Below are positions 1 to 15,344 of a DNA stretch of 64,000 bases, piece after piece. Every line of letters starts with the position of its first letter. Position 1 is the stretch's first letter. Made by a program: the position numbers and the translations under genes. This DNA is from Chrysomallon squamiferum (Eukaryota > Animalia > Mollusca): contig CM022669.1 in assembly GCA_012295275.1 (NCBI GenBank), forward strand, positions 12,648,001 to 12,712,000. Reading direction: 5' to 3'. The notes beneath the pieces are model-generated. The model was not told the origin of the DNA and ran no database searches. It was given only the letters and a program-made list of their open reading frames with translations.

Positions 1-1745
1 GAACCTAACCCTAGGCCAGACGAACCTTAGCTGTGTAGCTGTCTCCCGGGGATCCCGCCACTTACCTCATGGACACACCTTGCCCTCGCCCGAAAACAAC
101 ACTTCTACATTCCGCATTCCTTCCAGGTACAATGTACTTCCCTTGTAAGACAAGGACACCGCATAAGTCCTGAACAACTCGTGATATCCCACTCTCACTG
201 CTCCTCCCTCTGCAAGGACCAGTGATTACACTGCACTGTTCACCCTTTTTCTGGCCTTGTCTACCTGATTTGGATGTTTGGCTCCAAGCCAGTAGAGACG
301 AGGCAGCATGTTCGACCGTATGATTCTCACATAGGGGACGAGTGCTCCGAGTGACAAGACCGAGCAAGTGCTCTTCTGTATCGTAACCTTGTTTTTCGTT
401 TTTACCGTGTCATTCGATCCCACCTGTAAAATGACAGCTAAAGGCGTGGGCAGGTGTTTCAGTTTACCTGAAATAAAACTGTCTAGCTGCGATCACTGCA
501 CCAGCTGTTACCATATGTTTTTACCTTGATACCTGCCTGCTGCAAACCTAGGTTGCCTCCACCTGGCCTTGCCTGTACCTGGATTCCTGCCCAGTGGACA
601 ATGGAAGATCCAACCGTCCATTCTTCTGCAGTTGGAACATCTGACTTGCAACATATTGACTGAAAACGTCCCAATACCTTGTGACATTCATTTGACTCTG
701 CCCTGTCCCCTAAAAGAAAATCGTCCACTGTAACACTGAATAAAAGTGGAAGACTTTTCAAATAAAGCACAACTGATTGATGTCCCCAGGGGTAAACGCT
801 TGTCGAAGTCGTACAGATCATCCATTTTATATCCTAACAAACTGAAATCTCCTGGAAATACTGTTAGTAACCTGAATGCTGATTTTACATCAGATTTTCC
901 TAACAGGGCTCCCCGACCTATCGTCTGCATTTTGTGTACTACATCATCCACATAATGTATAGAACAAAACACTTTGCTCGATATGATCATTTACCGAATC
1001 TGTATCTGAATAGAAAAGGATGGCGAAGAACTAGCAAATCTCCATAATTTTTTGGTACCAATCCCAGGGGAGATATTCTCAGGGTTTTAAATGGGTGATC
1101 TGTAAATGGTCCTGCCACCCTCCCTAACAATATCTCTTTACCTATTTTATTTCTAAGTGCTTTTTAAAATGTTTGCATCTGTTCCTACTGAAGATTCCTG
1201 ATACTGAGGTATAAAACCCTCAGTAAAACGTAATTCCTGTGCTGCTATTTTGTTGGGGTAGTGTTTTAGTTTTTCTGGCCAGAATAATGGTGTTTATCAG
1301 GGAATATCCCATTGCATTTAAGTCAGTTATAGCCCCTATGATCTACGCTGCAAAGAGGGACATCTTCCTCCATATTTTCCACATGCATCCATGTTTACTT
1401 TTGGCAAATGTATAATTTCTGCTATTAAACCCCCAACATGTCCTAACCCCATCCCCCTCACAGCTTGTCCCCTGGGTTGCATGAAGGGATTGGTTGAAAT
1501 GGCCACCAGAACCTTTCTGACCTACTTCAGCTTGTAAACTAACCCCTTTTCCTGACATGGACACTAACCAGAACTCATTGTCTATTACCCCTCATGAACG
1601 TTCCGGGTGTCTATCCTTTTTCTGATTCTGAATTGATCATCATATCCTGAACTGCTTCTGTCGGCTAAAACACTAATGTCCCTTAATTTTTTCAAGGGTT
1701 GTTGAGTGTCTTAGACTTTACGTTCCAATAACACTCTCGTGAAAA
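1..1745 (-). mobile_element. Degenerate DIRS/Ngaro-type (tyrosine-recombinase retrotransposon) element: gag-like and RT fragments
   Basis: Minus-strand frames give KIGKEILLGRVAGPFTDHPFKTLRISPLGLVPK (about 1050-1150), GRGALLGKSDVKSAFRLLTVFPGDFSLLGYKMDDLYDFDKRLPLGTSISCALFEKSSTFIQ (ORF 688-990) and, after a frameshift, VDDFLLGDRAESNECHKVLGRFQSIC (the YxDD region). These are typical DIRS/Ngaro RT motifs. A decayed CWGFN gag-like stretch lies at 1343-1564. Frameshifted and probably continues left of the window. Confidence 0.85.
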
Positions 1746-4700
1746 TTATACATTTTAATGATGTATGTGTATTTCTCTATTTTACTAATCTTCAGATTTC
1801 TGTATTTTAATAAGTTGCTGGTATGTTTATATTCTATTAATGTTTTCTCTAGTTCACTAATAATTACAATATTTGTTACTGTATCTTAATAAGGTATGTA
1901 GTATCTCTATTAATCTTGCTCTGTCTTACTAATATTCGGATTACTATGTTGTCACGGTGACTAGTCAGTGGTATTACTACCTAAAATTTGGTTCGTCTTG
2001 TCTAAAGGGTAGCAGACTATAATAGCTTCACGTGACAAGGTGTAAATTATCTGAAACTACTAAATGACTATTCTGTATCCACTAGAGAACAATAACAGAC
2101 ATATATATATATATGTATGTAGTTTACACAAATTAACCCTAAAGGGGTTATATAGTTAAATCATACGATTCGACGATACGTTATCAAAGCAAACAGCGTT
2201 GACAATTAATACAAAACTAATTCAGACCAGTTGGTTACTTGATCTTTCTAATTATTAAAATACGTTAACCTTGTATTATAAATAGAAGTACGTACCACAG
2301 AATAACATCATAAAATTCAACAGTAATAGATTTACCTATCTTAAATCATTCAGTATATATGTTACATATACAACTATATTAAAACACATTTACCATTGTC
2401 TGAGTTTTCCTTTGTTTTGTGCAGACGGCCCACAGACAAAGATTACCAAGAAGGGGACTTATCAGTGCCGCTACTCGTATACTATCGCTCGGGTGTTCAA
2501 CCTGCACCTTTGCAGATATCCTTTCTGAATTTACTTTGCTAATTTTAATGTCATTTTGAGTTTGGTAAACCCAGGTGTTTCTTAGTTTACTAAATAACGG
2601 AATTTCCCCTAATTATATAATGCGGCTTCTAAATAGCCCATGTGCGTCTGAATAATTCTGCTATTTAGTTTTTGTGCATATACCTCCATTTTCTGTTATT
2701 AATTAGGTAAACAATTAAGAACTGTAAAAATATAAATTATAAACATCATTATACAAGATAGCTAAATAAATATTACCGTAATATAATAAAATATTTGAGA
2801 TAACAAGTAGCAGACATTCGGCTTTACCTGGACATATAAAAATAAAGATTTTGTGAATATTCTATAATTCACTACTAAGAAAACAAAATTACAATTAAAA
2901 ACAAGTCTGGCAAAGAGGCACTAATGAGGTATGCTTATATTTCACTCATGTGTATATTACACTATTTTACCAATCTTTGGATTACTGTTTTAATGATATA
3001 CAGTATGTTTATATTTTACCAATTTGTGACCACAAAGCTGATACATTATCCTAACCTTCAATGGTTTAGACAACCTCTTTCTTCTTTCTTTTATCCAGGT
3101 TCTTTCTCTTTCTGTGTGCCACAAATCTAAAGGAAGTCAAAGGGACTGTTTTCTACAATTCAGTAAATAAGCATATTATAATTATTTAACACATAAAATG
3201 ATGACACACACATGTAAGGTATTTGAATCATGCATTAAGGTTTTGCGATGAATTGAATTACTTATTTCTACCAATAAAACATTTTAAAATCAAAAACTAA
3301 AATAAATTACTGAACGATAAAAGATGATGATACCAATAACCAACAGAATGATGATGATCACTAATATCACTTATACCTGTGATTTTAAAGGAACGTCACT
3401 GACTTGTATTTAAAACAAACATTACATCAGCAGAGAAACCTATGAAAATAGGTAACTAAATACAGTTCATTCAATTCTACAATTGAGAATACTGAAATTA
3501 CATTTAAAAAAACAACAAATTAGTCATTTTGAATGGCATCATAAAATGTTTCAGTTAATGTGGCTCTTATTGTAAATATATAAATGTTAATTTGTTGGGT
3601 TTTTTGTCTTCTTTTGGGGGGGGAAGGTACATTTCTTAAAGTAACACATTTTAACTGTTCAGAGTTGAAAATTAAGCTCATCATATGAAGATGTGAAACC
3701 AATGATATCCAGGATTGGCTGACAGGTCATTAAACAATGAAAGGCAATCAGCCCCAAACTTTTTGCATTTTTAACAATATGAATATATGAATAAAATACA
3801 AAAATACAAAAAGCAACATATGTAGTAATAAAAGGTGCTAAAATGTGAAATAAATAAATAATTTCAAAGAAAATAAACAGATACATTATCTAAACGCTAA
3901 TATAAAAAGTAAATTATATACATCCATGCATTATCTTACTTTTTTTTTCTTTTTTTAACTGCAACAGAAAGGCATTTACTTCATTTCTCAAATAGCAATT
4001 TTCCAAATACTTTTAAAATATATGTCTCTATGTCACTACAGTGTTTCTAAAAACTTTACCAATTTGTGTTCAACATAAATATTGCAGAACTGAATGCTGG
4101 TCGTCTTTTTCACAACATTTCACATCAGATTATATTTTCATAAATTTATATTAGGTACTCCAAAGTGATTTTCTGTTTGGGAAATACAGTGTTGATAAAA
4201 AAATTCAAAGTTGTCCAGTAGAATTGATCCATAGTTTTTTGTTTTTTTCTTTTTTACATAACAAATTTATTGGTGCTGTTTGTGTACAACTACAATTTCC
4301 AAAAATATCTCAATTTTTGAGGGCCTATTCTGAAGCAAAATTGTCTCTGACAAAGCTTATTTCATAATGTTGTACTCTTGTGTTGCAAATATACCTTCTA
4401 GTTTTTTCATAGTAACCTTATACTGAAGATACAGCTGATACAATTATTCATTAGTGCCACACCATTCATTTGTGAAAACATTAAATCTTTGAAAAATCAT
4501 ATCTCTACTTCTACTCGTGTTAGTTTGTATTCCAAATTAATTAAAGGTAAAAAATTAGAAGACGAAATATATTAAAAATGTATAAATGTCAACACAGATT
4601 TGTTACATCCACACAGAAACACTTTTCAGCTGCCTCTCTCTTGTTCACTGAAATATTCTTGACAGCGTATCTGAAGAATTTAAAGAAAAAAATATATAAA

Positions 4701-5178
4701 AAATTGTTTTAATAACAAAATGTAGTTAAAATTAATAATGCTAGAGAAACTTATTTTACTATTATTTTTAAACTGGTGAACCTGATTTTAAAACACACTC
4801 ATGCATTTTGCAGAAAAGTCTCATTTTCCCTTTGTGTGAGTGTGTGTATGTGTGTGTCTGTATGTGTAATAATATGCATGTAAGTATCTGTTGGCTTCAA
4901 ATGTATAAAACTGAAGGAAAAAGTAATAAAGTTTAACCAATTAAATCATTACATATAAAAATATAATGTACAGAATTATTTAAATAAGCTAAAATAATCA
5001 TAATAAATTATTTAATATTTCCATTTATTTTACATAATAAAAAATACAGAATGAAATTTTTTATAACTTTACATACCAATTGATTATGGATAATAACTAA
5101 TATGTATGTTTATGTCTGTATATACATTAGTAAGTATGTGTGTGTGTGTAGATTTGTGGGTCTGTACATGTATCTTAC

Positions 5179-8100
5179 TTTGTCAATTTAGAATCTTTTA
5201 TTTCTTCTTCTTTTTTCCCCCTGAAATAAATAAGAAATAAATTAATACTGAAATACTGTTGAAAAATGTGTACTTGTGCTAAACAGAAATAAATCAGGAA
5301 TAAGAAAGATCAGACAGTGAGTAAAACAGAACAGAATCAGGATGGGATAGAAAGGGACGAGGAGATAACAAGACTGGAGAAATAAAGAGAAATTCAGTAG
5401 AATCAGTGAAGAGGATCAGACCAAAAAAAAATGTAAAAGTATATTCAAAGAAAGAATTATACAGAACTAAATCAGATATTGCAATTCTCTATAAATGTCA
5501 GCTTTATTAAGAAACAAGAAGAAATGTATCACCTATAACTGATAAATGTAAAAGTTTTGCTTTTGTATATGTTGGTTATGTTCTCAGGAAAGCTGAATGT
5601 CTTGATAGCTGGTTTCAAAAATGATAACAACAGTAATAATAATTTTCAATGGAGTCACAAAATATTAAATATGCATTCATGGTAGTTGGCCATGGGTTCA
5701 TAATTATGTAATATACTATTAATTTAATAAAAATAAAGATAAAAATAATAATAATTTAAATAACTAAAACAATAAGTGAAATAGACACCATATTCTGCTA
5801 ATATTTACCAGTTGCTCACAGTGATTTTATTGTCATCCTTACAGAAAATATAATTAAAAATATTTTGAAATATCACTAACAATAATTAATTAATTTTCAT
5901 ATCAAATATCATTTATGGTTATTTAACACAGAAATTTAGTGCAAACCTCGTTCAAGTTCCAAATGAATGTTTGAAAGTTCTTCATTAGAGGACATAGTAC
6001 TTGAAGGTAATGATGTTTCTAGCCTGTCTGATCTAAGAAAGAAATGTTTCTGATTAGTTTTCAAATACTTATATTAATTCAGACAAGTATACATATAACT
6101 TATAAGTTACAAGAATTAAGAAAGAAAACAGATTACAAGAACTAAATATAAAATGAGAAGATGACACTGAATTCATATCAAACAGTTAAATAATGTTGAT
6201 GAAAAGCCAATTGTAAACACATTTCAAACACATAAAAGTAAATAACATAAATGTGTGACATCTCTAGTGTATCATATCCATTAAATAACCTTCTTCTTTT
6301 CTTTGGTTTTCGTTTTGGAGTTGAAGAGGATGCTGAACTGTTTTTGTCTTCTTTATCTAAAAGAAGAAAAATAATGATCCGAAAATTTCTTTTTTTTATT
6401 ACAAAAAAAAAAAAAAAAAAAAAAAAAGATATAATAATAATAAATAAAATAACAGACACACACATATATATCATTGTTAAATGATAATTTAAGTTACATA
6501 ATGACAAGAGTTCCATTTGACCAAAGCAATTGTAGCAGTAGCAGTAAAACAAGTAGAAGCAGCAACCACTTCTTGATTTACATAAAGTGTGTACAATGTA
6601 TGTTATTAAGTTTCTGTCAATTTTTGTTGAACAGTTACAAAAATGGGCTGAGTGGAATTTCTTCCAGTAATGCATGAATTGGTGATGTATAACTGGATAA
6701 TGATTATCAGTGAATATCAAACTGAACTGCAAAAATTGTGCAGGTTTTTTCTGTTTTTTTTTTTTGTATATATTTTGTAAGGCTTCATATAAAATTAATA
6801 CACAATGTATACAGAAAAAAGTAATAATGATGTTAATATGTACATGTAACTAATTCAGTACTTACCCACCTAAATGCTAACATGAATACATGCAATTTCG
6901 GGTAAAAAAAAAATGAGATTTATAACATTCATATAAATAAAATACTTTAGTCTTAAAATATAACTATGTCTTTGTACAAAGAACATGAAAGTAAAAAAAA
7001 AAACCCATTCATGTCCAACTCTTGTTTAATATCTTCCCATAATTTATGAAATCTCTGATTTGTATTTTGCCAAGTTTTAACTGGTTTTAATGCTAATTTA
7101 ATTAACTTACATAATAATGCAAAAGGTAACACTTACCTTGTTTAAACCGATTTATAATTTTTTCAATATTTTCATCCAAGTCTGCCTTTCTATTAACTTT
7201 GATGGATTTTCCTTTAATTTTTGTCGTACACTTTTGTTTAAAATATTTTTCATCATAAACTTTATATTCAATTTTAATCTTATTGACCAGTCCTGCAGAT
7301 TCCAACTTTTGCAGTAGATATAATCGACGATTACCATCAACAACATATTTTTTTTTTTTGCACATCATAACAGTCAATGGCTCCACATTATCTTCTATAC
7401 AATCCTTTTTCAGTAGATCTTCTAAAAATGTTTCTAATGACTTTTTGTTTCTGAAGAAACGACTTATAGTATCTTGTCCAAAACACAATTGTGATGGGAG
7501 GATAGATGAAACTGCATAAAATAAACACGAATTATTGGAAAAAAAAGAGAATTATTTGAAACATCAAAATAAATGGAATCACATTTACATGTCACTGTAT
7601 TTTACTATCTTAAGTTTGTTTTGGCATTTCTTAAAATAAACATTCTAATTCCACTAAGTGAATAATATAATAAACTGAAAGTAGGCATCAGTTGACAGTG
7701 TTGTTATCAATTGATTGCATTCTTGCTCCGTTAATGGAGTGAAGTATCAAGGGGAAGCTGGTTCAAAACACATTTATTACATGAACATGTAAAAATACAC
7801 ATCAATACATACAACCACAATTATATATAATTTAAGTAAAATTAATATAATCTGTTATTTAATGCCAAGATAAAAAAAAAAAAAAAAAAATGGTAACATT
7901 ATATATATATATAATTTCCCTACACTATAAACTATGTACAAGTGAACCTTCCAGGATATTTAACAATTTACATCTATATTTACCTCTGAATGAATGCCCC
8001 CAAACCCTTTAAGTTTTTGACTAAAACTAACACTCAAGGACCAAATGGACACATACTGATTCCCTCATGTTAGAGTATGTGGCTCGTTAGTCCCAACCTG

Positions 8101-8524
8101 TCATACATGTTTGACTGTTTATATCCCTCCTGGCCTTTAAACCTGAGAGTGGGTAAGAGCCTAGGTTCTGTAACTGTCCTAATTAACCAGCCCCCTCAGC
8201 AAAAATTTGAAGGTGGGCATAACTTGACTTTGGCCCTCTAAGGTAAAGCGGATTCCTCTGGCAGACTTGAGTGACTCCTTAATAACAACCTGTTCCCATA
8301 CAGGTCAGCAGATGGAACCTTAGCTCTCTAGATGTCTCCCAGGGGACACACTGCCAGAGTGAGTTTGTGTCCACTCCAATCCCCTGTTATCATACCATGT
8401 TACCTGCCTACTGCAAACGGATTGCTTCCACCTGGCCTTGCCTGTGCCTTTATTCCTGCCCTGTGAACAACTGATGAGAGCAATAACCCACACAGTTTAT
8501 AAGTTAGTATACTATGTGTTGTTG

Positions 8525-8584
<60 letters not shown>

Positions 8585-8832
8585 ATTTATTTCGGGGTGT
8601 CTAGCCTTTTTTCATTCTGATTTATTCATCATACCATGAACTGCTTCTGTCAGCTTAATCCTAATATCCCTTAAATACTTTAAAATGTGTTGAGCGTCTT
8701 GGACGGTACGTTCAAATAACACTCATGAAAATCCGTGTGTGGACTGAAGTGATCGAACCGCACTTTCCCTGTTTTCTAAAACTTACCTTCACTTTCCGAA
8801 TCGTGGAATACTGGAATCGTGGAATTGGCCAT
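5179..8832 (-). CDS. Multi-exon gene with N-terminal ParB/Srx-superfamily-like domain and basic, Ser-rich tail; 3' end unresolved
   Basis: Phase-consistent GT-AG model: exon 8787-8832 (MANSTIPVFHDSESE, then gtaagt); 7137-7511 (VSSILPSQLCFGQDTISRFF...YVVDGNRRLYLLQKLE...KCTTKIKGKSIKVN...RFKQ); 6290-6356 (DKEDKNSSASSSTPKRKPKKRRR, NLS-like); 5947-6032 (SDRLETSLPSSTMSSNEELSNIHLELER). Tentative: 5533-5608 and 5179-5220, with possible further exons near 4620-4670, 4394-4422 and 3054-3126. Confidence 0.7.
7137..7511 (-). CDS. Exon encoding ParB-like (ParB/sulfiredoxin fold) domain
   Basis: 375-nt open exon bounded by ttttatgcag| and |gtaagt. Motifs PSQLCFGQDTI (like PSxIxFxQDSI), an hhhDGNRRLxhh arginine patch, and KxTTxxxGxSIxV. 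Confidence 0.75.
7950..8730 (-). mobile_element. Second, internally deleted relic of the same DIRS/Ngaro family, in intron 1 of the ParB-like gene
   Basis: 8315-8346 matches 22-52; 8400-8469 matches 529-600 (tacctgcct.ctgcaaac...ccacctggccttgcctgt.cct); 8591-8730 matches 1601-1744. A (GT)n tract sits at the deletion junction. Left boundary is approximate. Confidence 0.75.
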
Positions 8833-9037
8833 GTTTCTTTGCGCTTCCTGGACACACTTTCTCTAGATTTCCAGGCTTTACCATTTGTTTTACTAAATTA
8901 AAAAGGCTGGATTCCACTGGAAGCAAAATTAGATATATATATATTTTGTTTTCATGCAGATTATGTAATGGCCTTTGAACAGAATAGACTGGTTTCTGAA
9001 TGCTCGATGAGCGAGTGAAAAAAAAAAATAAATAATA

Positions 9038-9181
9038 ACGTGCTGATCACAAAAAACTGTTGTGAAGCAGTAGGCGACAGGCACGTTATCTGACAGACAG
9101 ACAGACAGACAGAAACAAATTTACGTGCTAATCACAGCGAACTGTCGTGAAGCACGTCTGCGACAGGCACGCTCTCTGACA
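9038..9181. repeat. Two tandem copies of a roughly 60-bp dispersed motif (acgtgctaatca...gtgaagcacgtctgcgacaggcacgc...ctgacag)
   Basis: Copies at about 9038-9095 and 9123-9181. An inverted copy is at about 32325-32390 and a partial inverted copy at about 29905-29946. Confidence 0.7.
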
Positions 9182-10201
9182 AAGTATGTGACGCTTATAT
9201 TGTATTAGAAACAGTCAATTAGAGTTAATTCCCTTCGTCAACATGTTTTTTTTTTTTTCTTTTCTTGTTTTCGCCCCAGTAACTTGCATCCCGCCCCCAC
9301 AAAAACCTGCCAACTTTGAGTTTTAAAAATATGTTTCGTAGAAAAAAAAACAACACCAAAACCCCAGAAAACCTGAAACTGCTAAATATATTTTAAATTT
9401 CAAGAATAAGTACCATAAGGTGTCAACTGTACCAACATTAAAGGTACAATTTCCATTAATATGGCAGTGGCCCTGTTTGCAAAAGCTTTGGGGCAAACGG
9501 GGTTTAACTTAAAAATAACTGATTTAAGTATAACAAATTATTATTAGTGCTGAATAATAAACTGGTTATGGACTAACAATGAACTGTGTATAAACTAATG
9601 CAGGTATGTTTTCATATTATTATGGGTTTTCGTCTGAAAACAATATTTTGGATAAAACTATGACTCTTAAACTTAAAGGATCTCTCAGATCTACGCTCAA
9701 GGCAGTTGTTTAACTGGCTTCTTCACATCTAACTCCTTAATATTCTTTATTATATGCTGGAGATGTATGTTTTATTTATTTATTTATTTATATTATTTAT
9801 TTATTTATGTAGTTGTTGGAATTTATAATGTAATAATGGTTAAACAATGTTCAGATTAGTTCAGTATTAAGATTAGGAGTGAAATTGTTTAGGCCCCTGA
9901 ATTTCCAATACTGTGAGGCCCCTAGTATTATTATCAAAAAAGGTGAACCCTACAGAAAATGAAACAACTTTTTTTTTATTTTTATTATTTTTTTTATTTT
10001 TATTAAGTTAATATAATTAACGGTATCTCAGGAAAACAATAATTAAAATAGGGCAGGGCCTAATTGCAGGATCTAAAAATAAAATTATATACATACACAC
10101 ATACACATACATACACATACACACACTCATAATACACATACATATATTCACATATCCACACACACATCGTCCTGTTTTATTTATTTATTTGTTTATTTAT
10201 T

Positions 10202-10233
<32 letters not shown>

Positions 10234-12479
10234 TGTACAGGAACTTTCTTTCATTTGCAATAATGGCCGAACGGAGAGAATGCAATTTAATTTTATATTT
10301 TTCTGTATGTATGTGAGTGTGCGCTCTTCGAAGAAAAATGCCCTAAAACATATATATATATATATACACATATATACACATATACACACATGCATACACA
10401 CACACAAACACGAGTACAAGCATTCACATACCTATTCAAATGCATACTTACGAACATACATACACAAACACAAACACATATACTTATACACGTACATTTA
10501 CACATAAATAATAAAAGTGACCAGTTCCTGAAATGAGATGTTACTTTATAGCAAACATATTAAATAAATAAAGAAATGATTAGAAAATAACTTGTGCAGA
10601 ATCACAATAATAATACAAAGTAAAAAAATATATATAGTAACTGTGAAGAGGAAAAGTATATTTTCTTCAAATAAAAATGACGACACAATTAAGATTAATA
10701 TTTATTTATTAAATTTAAATAATGTAGAAATATAGAATCTTGCATTATTTCCGAAATAAAAAATTACTACTAGTGCACACTGGGCCTAACGGTCGCTTAT
10801 GAACATGCGTGTTGCTATTTCGCAGTACTGACATGAATCGTAATTATTGAGACAGCACAGATATGTTTTCTTGGTCGAATCAAGCAAAACAAAACAGCAT
10901 CACATAGAATAGAGTTGGGAAAAAGGTCACGTGGGTTAAAAGGCCCACTGGCTTTGTAGTAAAGTGTGCTTATGAACTGAAACCCGAAACTTCATCGTAT
11001 ACCCCGGTACATTCCTCCTATACCCCGAACCCTTGCCTCTAATACATGCAAATACTTTATCACATTTCGTATTTTTGACAGATACTGATACTATTTTTCG
11101 ACTGACATTATACTTAATAACTTTTTCTGATTTATGACAGAATAGTTGATGGTTCATTCATTAAAACTCTTTTCCATGGGGTAAGAACCCCGTGGTAGGA
11201 CTTTTGCACAAGGCCTGGGATATTATCCTTTATGGTTATTGTTCATAACGGGGAAAAGCTGCTAAATGTGGTATAAAATATATCATATTCTCATATATAT
11301 AAATATATTTATATATATTAAATAATTGTATAACACATTGAAAACCTTATTTTATTGAAAACCTTAAAACAGTAATTAGATGTATTTTTATCTTAAGTCA
11401 TATGATACAATATGCTAGGAATGCGTATTTTAGCAAAATAATTAAAAACGTCTGAACATAACTATTGATCTTATTGTCTGGATGCTGAAACTATGAGCTC
11501 ATTTTGCTGTTGTTAATATAGTCAGGAGAGACAACACTAGGCAATAATCAGTTTGTCTATAACATTAGATTTTGTCTCCCTTCGTGCGCAGAAGAAAATG
11601 TTTTACTTAAAACGTCTGACATTTCAATATATATTTACATACAGGAAAGCAGCTATCGAAAAGCAATTTTCTGACAGTTTTGAATAACTTATACGGGAAA
11701 AGAATATTTTTAAATCAATTGTGAATTGGAAAGATTTTGTTATCTAGTTTTTTCATTTGGAATGGAACCTTCATCATAAGGTAGTTTCTTTTAGTTTTTT
11801 ATTTGTTTATATGTATGTATATATGACGACAGACCGATTTTTGTCTCACCTAGTTGGACCTTAACCAGAGAAAATTGGTACTAACTTCCTTATTAAAGCA
11901 CGGATGTCATTTCATGTTATATCTGTTTCTTGAATTCGCTGGTAACTTTTTTTTTTTTTACTTATTGTGATATTTTGTATTGTTGTACTGTTAAGGTACA
12001 CATCTCGAAAATGTCGGTAACATATTGATTATTCATACAGACAAAATAGAAGTCCGAGATATATTGATTTAAATATAGACCGGTGTGTTTTGAAAAAGAG
12101 GAGAGAAGACACTGAGGGAAAACGTGGGACTGTGGAGTTGACGGCCATTATAAGGCAACTATTTTGGTAACTATATTTTGCGTTATATTTGTTTAACTCT
12201 GAAGCTGTAAGTAGTAAATTGTTAAAAACATTTTGGATTGTTGGGAGTTCCGTTGAAAATAGATTAACAAGAAGAAAAACTAAAACAAAAATTTAATTAC
12301 GTCTTATTTCTAATATTCTTGGTTTGTTATATAAAAACAACCTAATTACCATATTACTCAGAAATTAATAATTTTAATTATGAGTATTATTTCTGCTTTC
12401 AGTTTTGTTTGTAAAGTGAGATAAATTTACCTTTTTCTAATGTTATAATACTTTAGGTTGGTGCTTCTTAAAATTGTTT

Positions 12480-15340
<2,861 letters not shown>

Positions 15341-15344
15341 TATA

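Noticed and set aside
5809-5838. Candidate mini-exon DDNKITVSNW in the ParB-like gene
   Set aside because: Needs phase 0 entry whereas the preceding exon ends in phase 1, and the acceptor is weak.
6178-6732. 184-aa ORF
   Set aside because: Runs through poly-T and intron sequence; only 6290-6356 behaves as an exon.
7137-7511. Sulfiredoxin (SRXN1) call
   Set aside because: Lacks the FGGCHR catalytic Cys motif; has DGNRR instead.
10770-11260. GC-richer island with a 73-aa minus-strand ORF
   Set aside because: No recognisable motif, splice model or terminal repeats; perhaps an old transposon remnant but unsupported.
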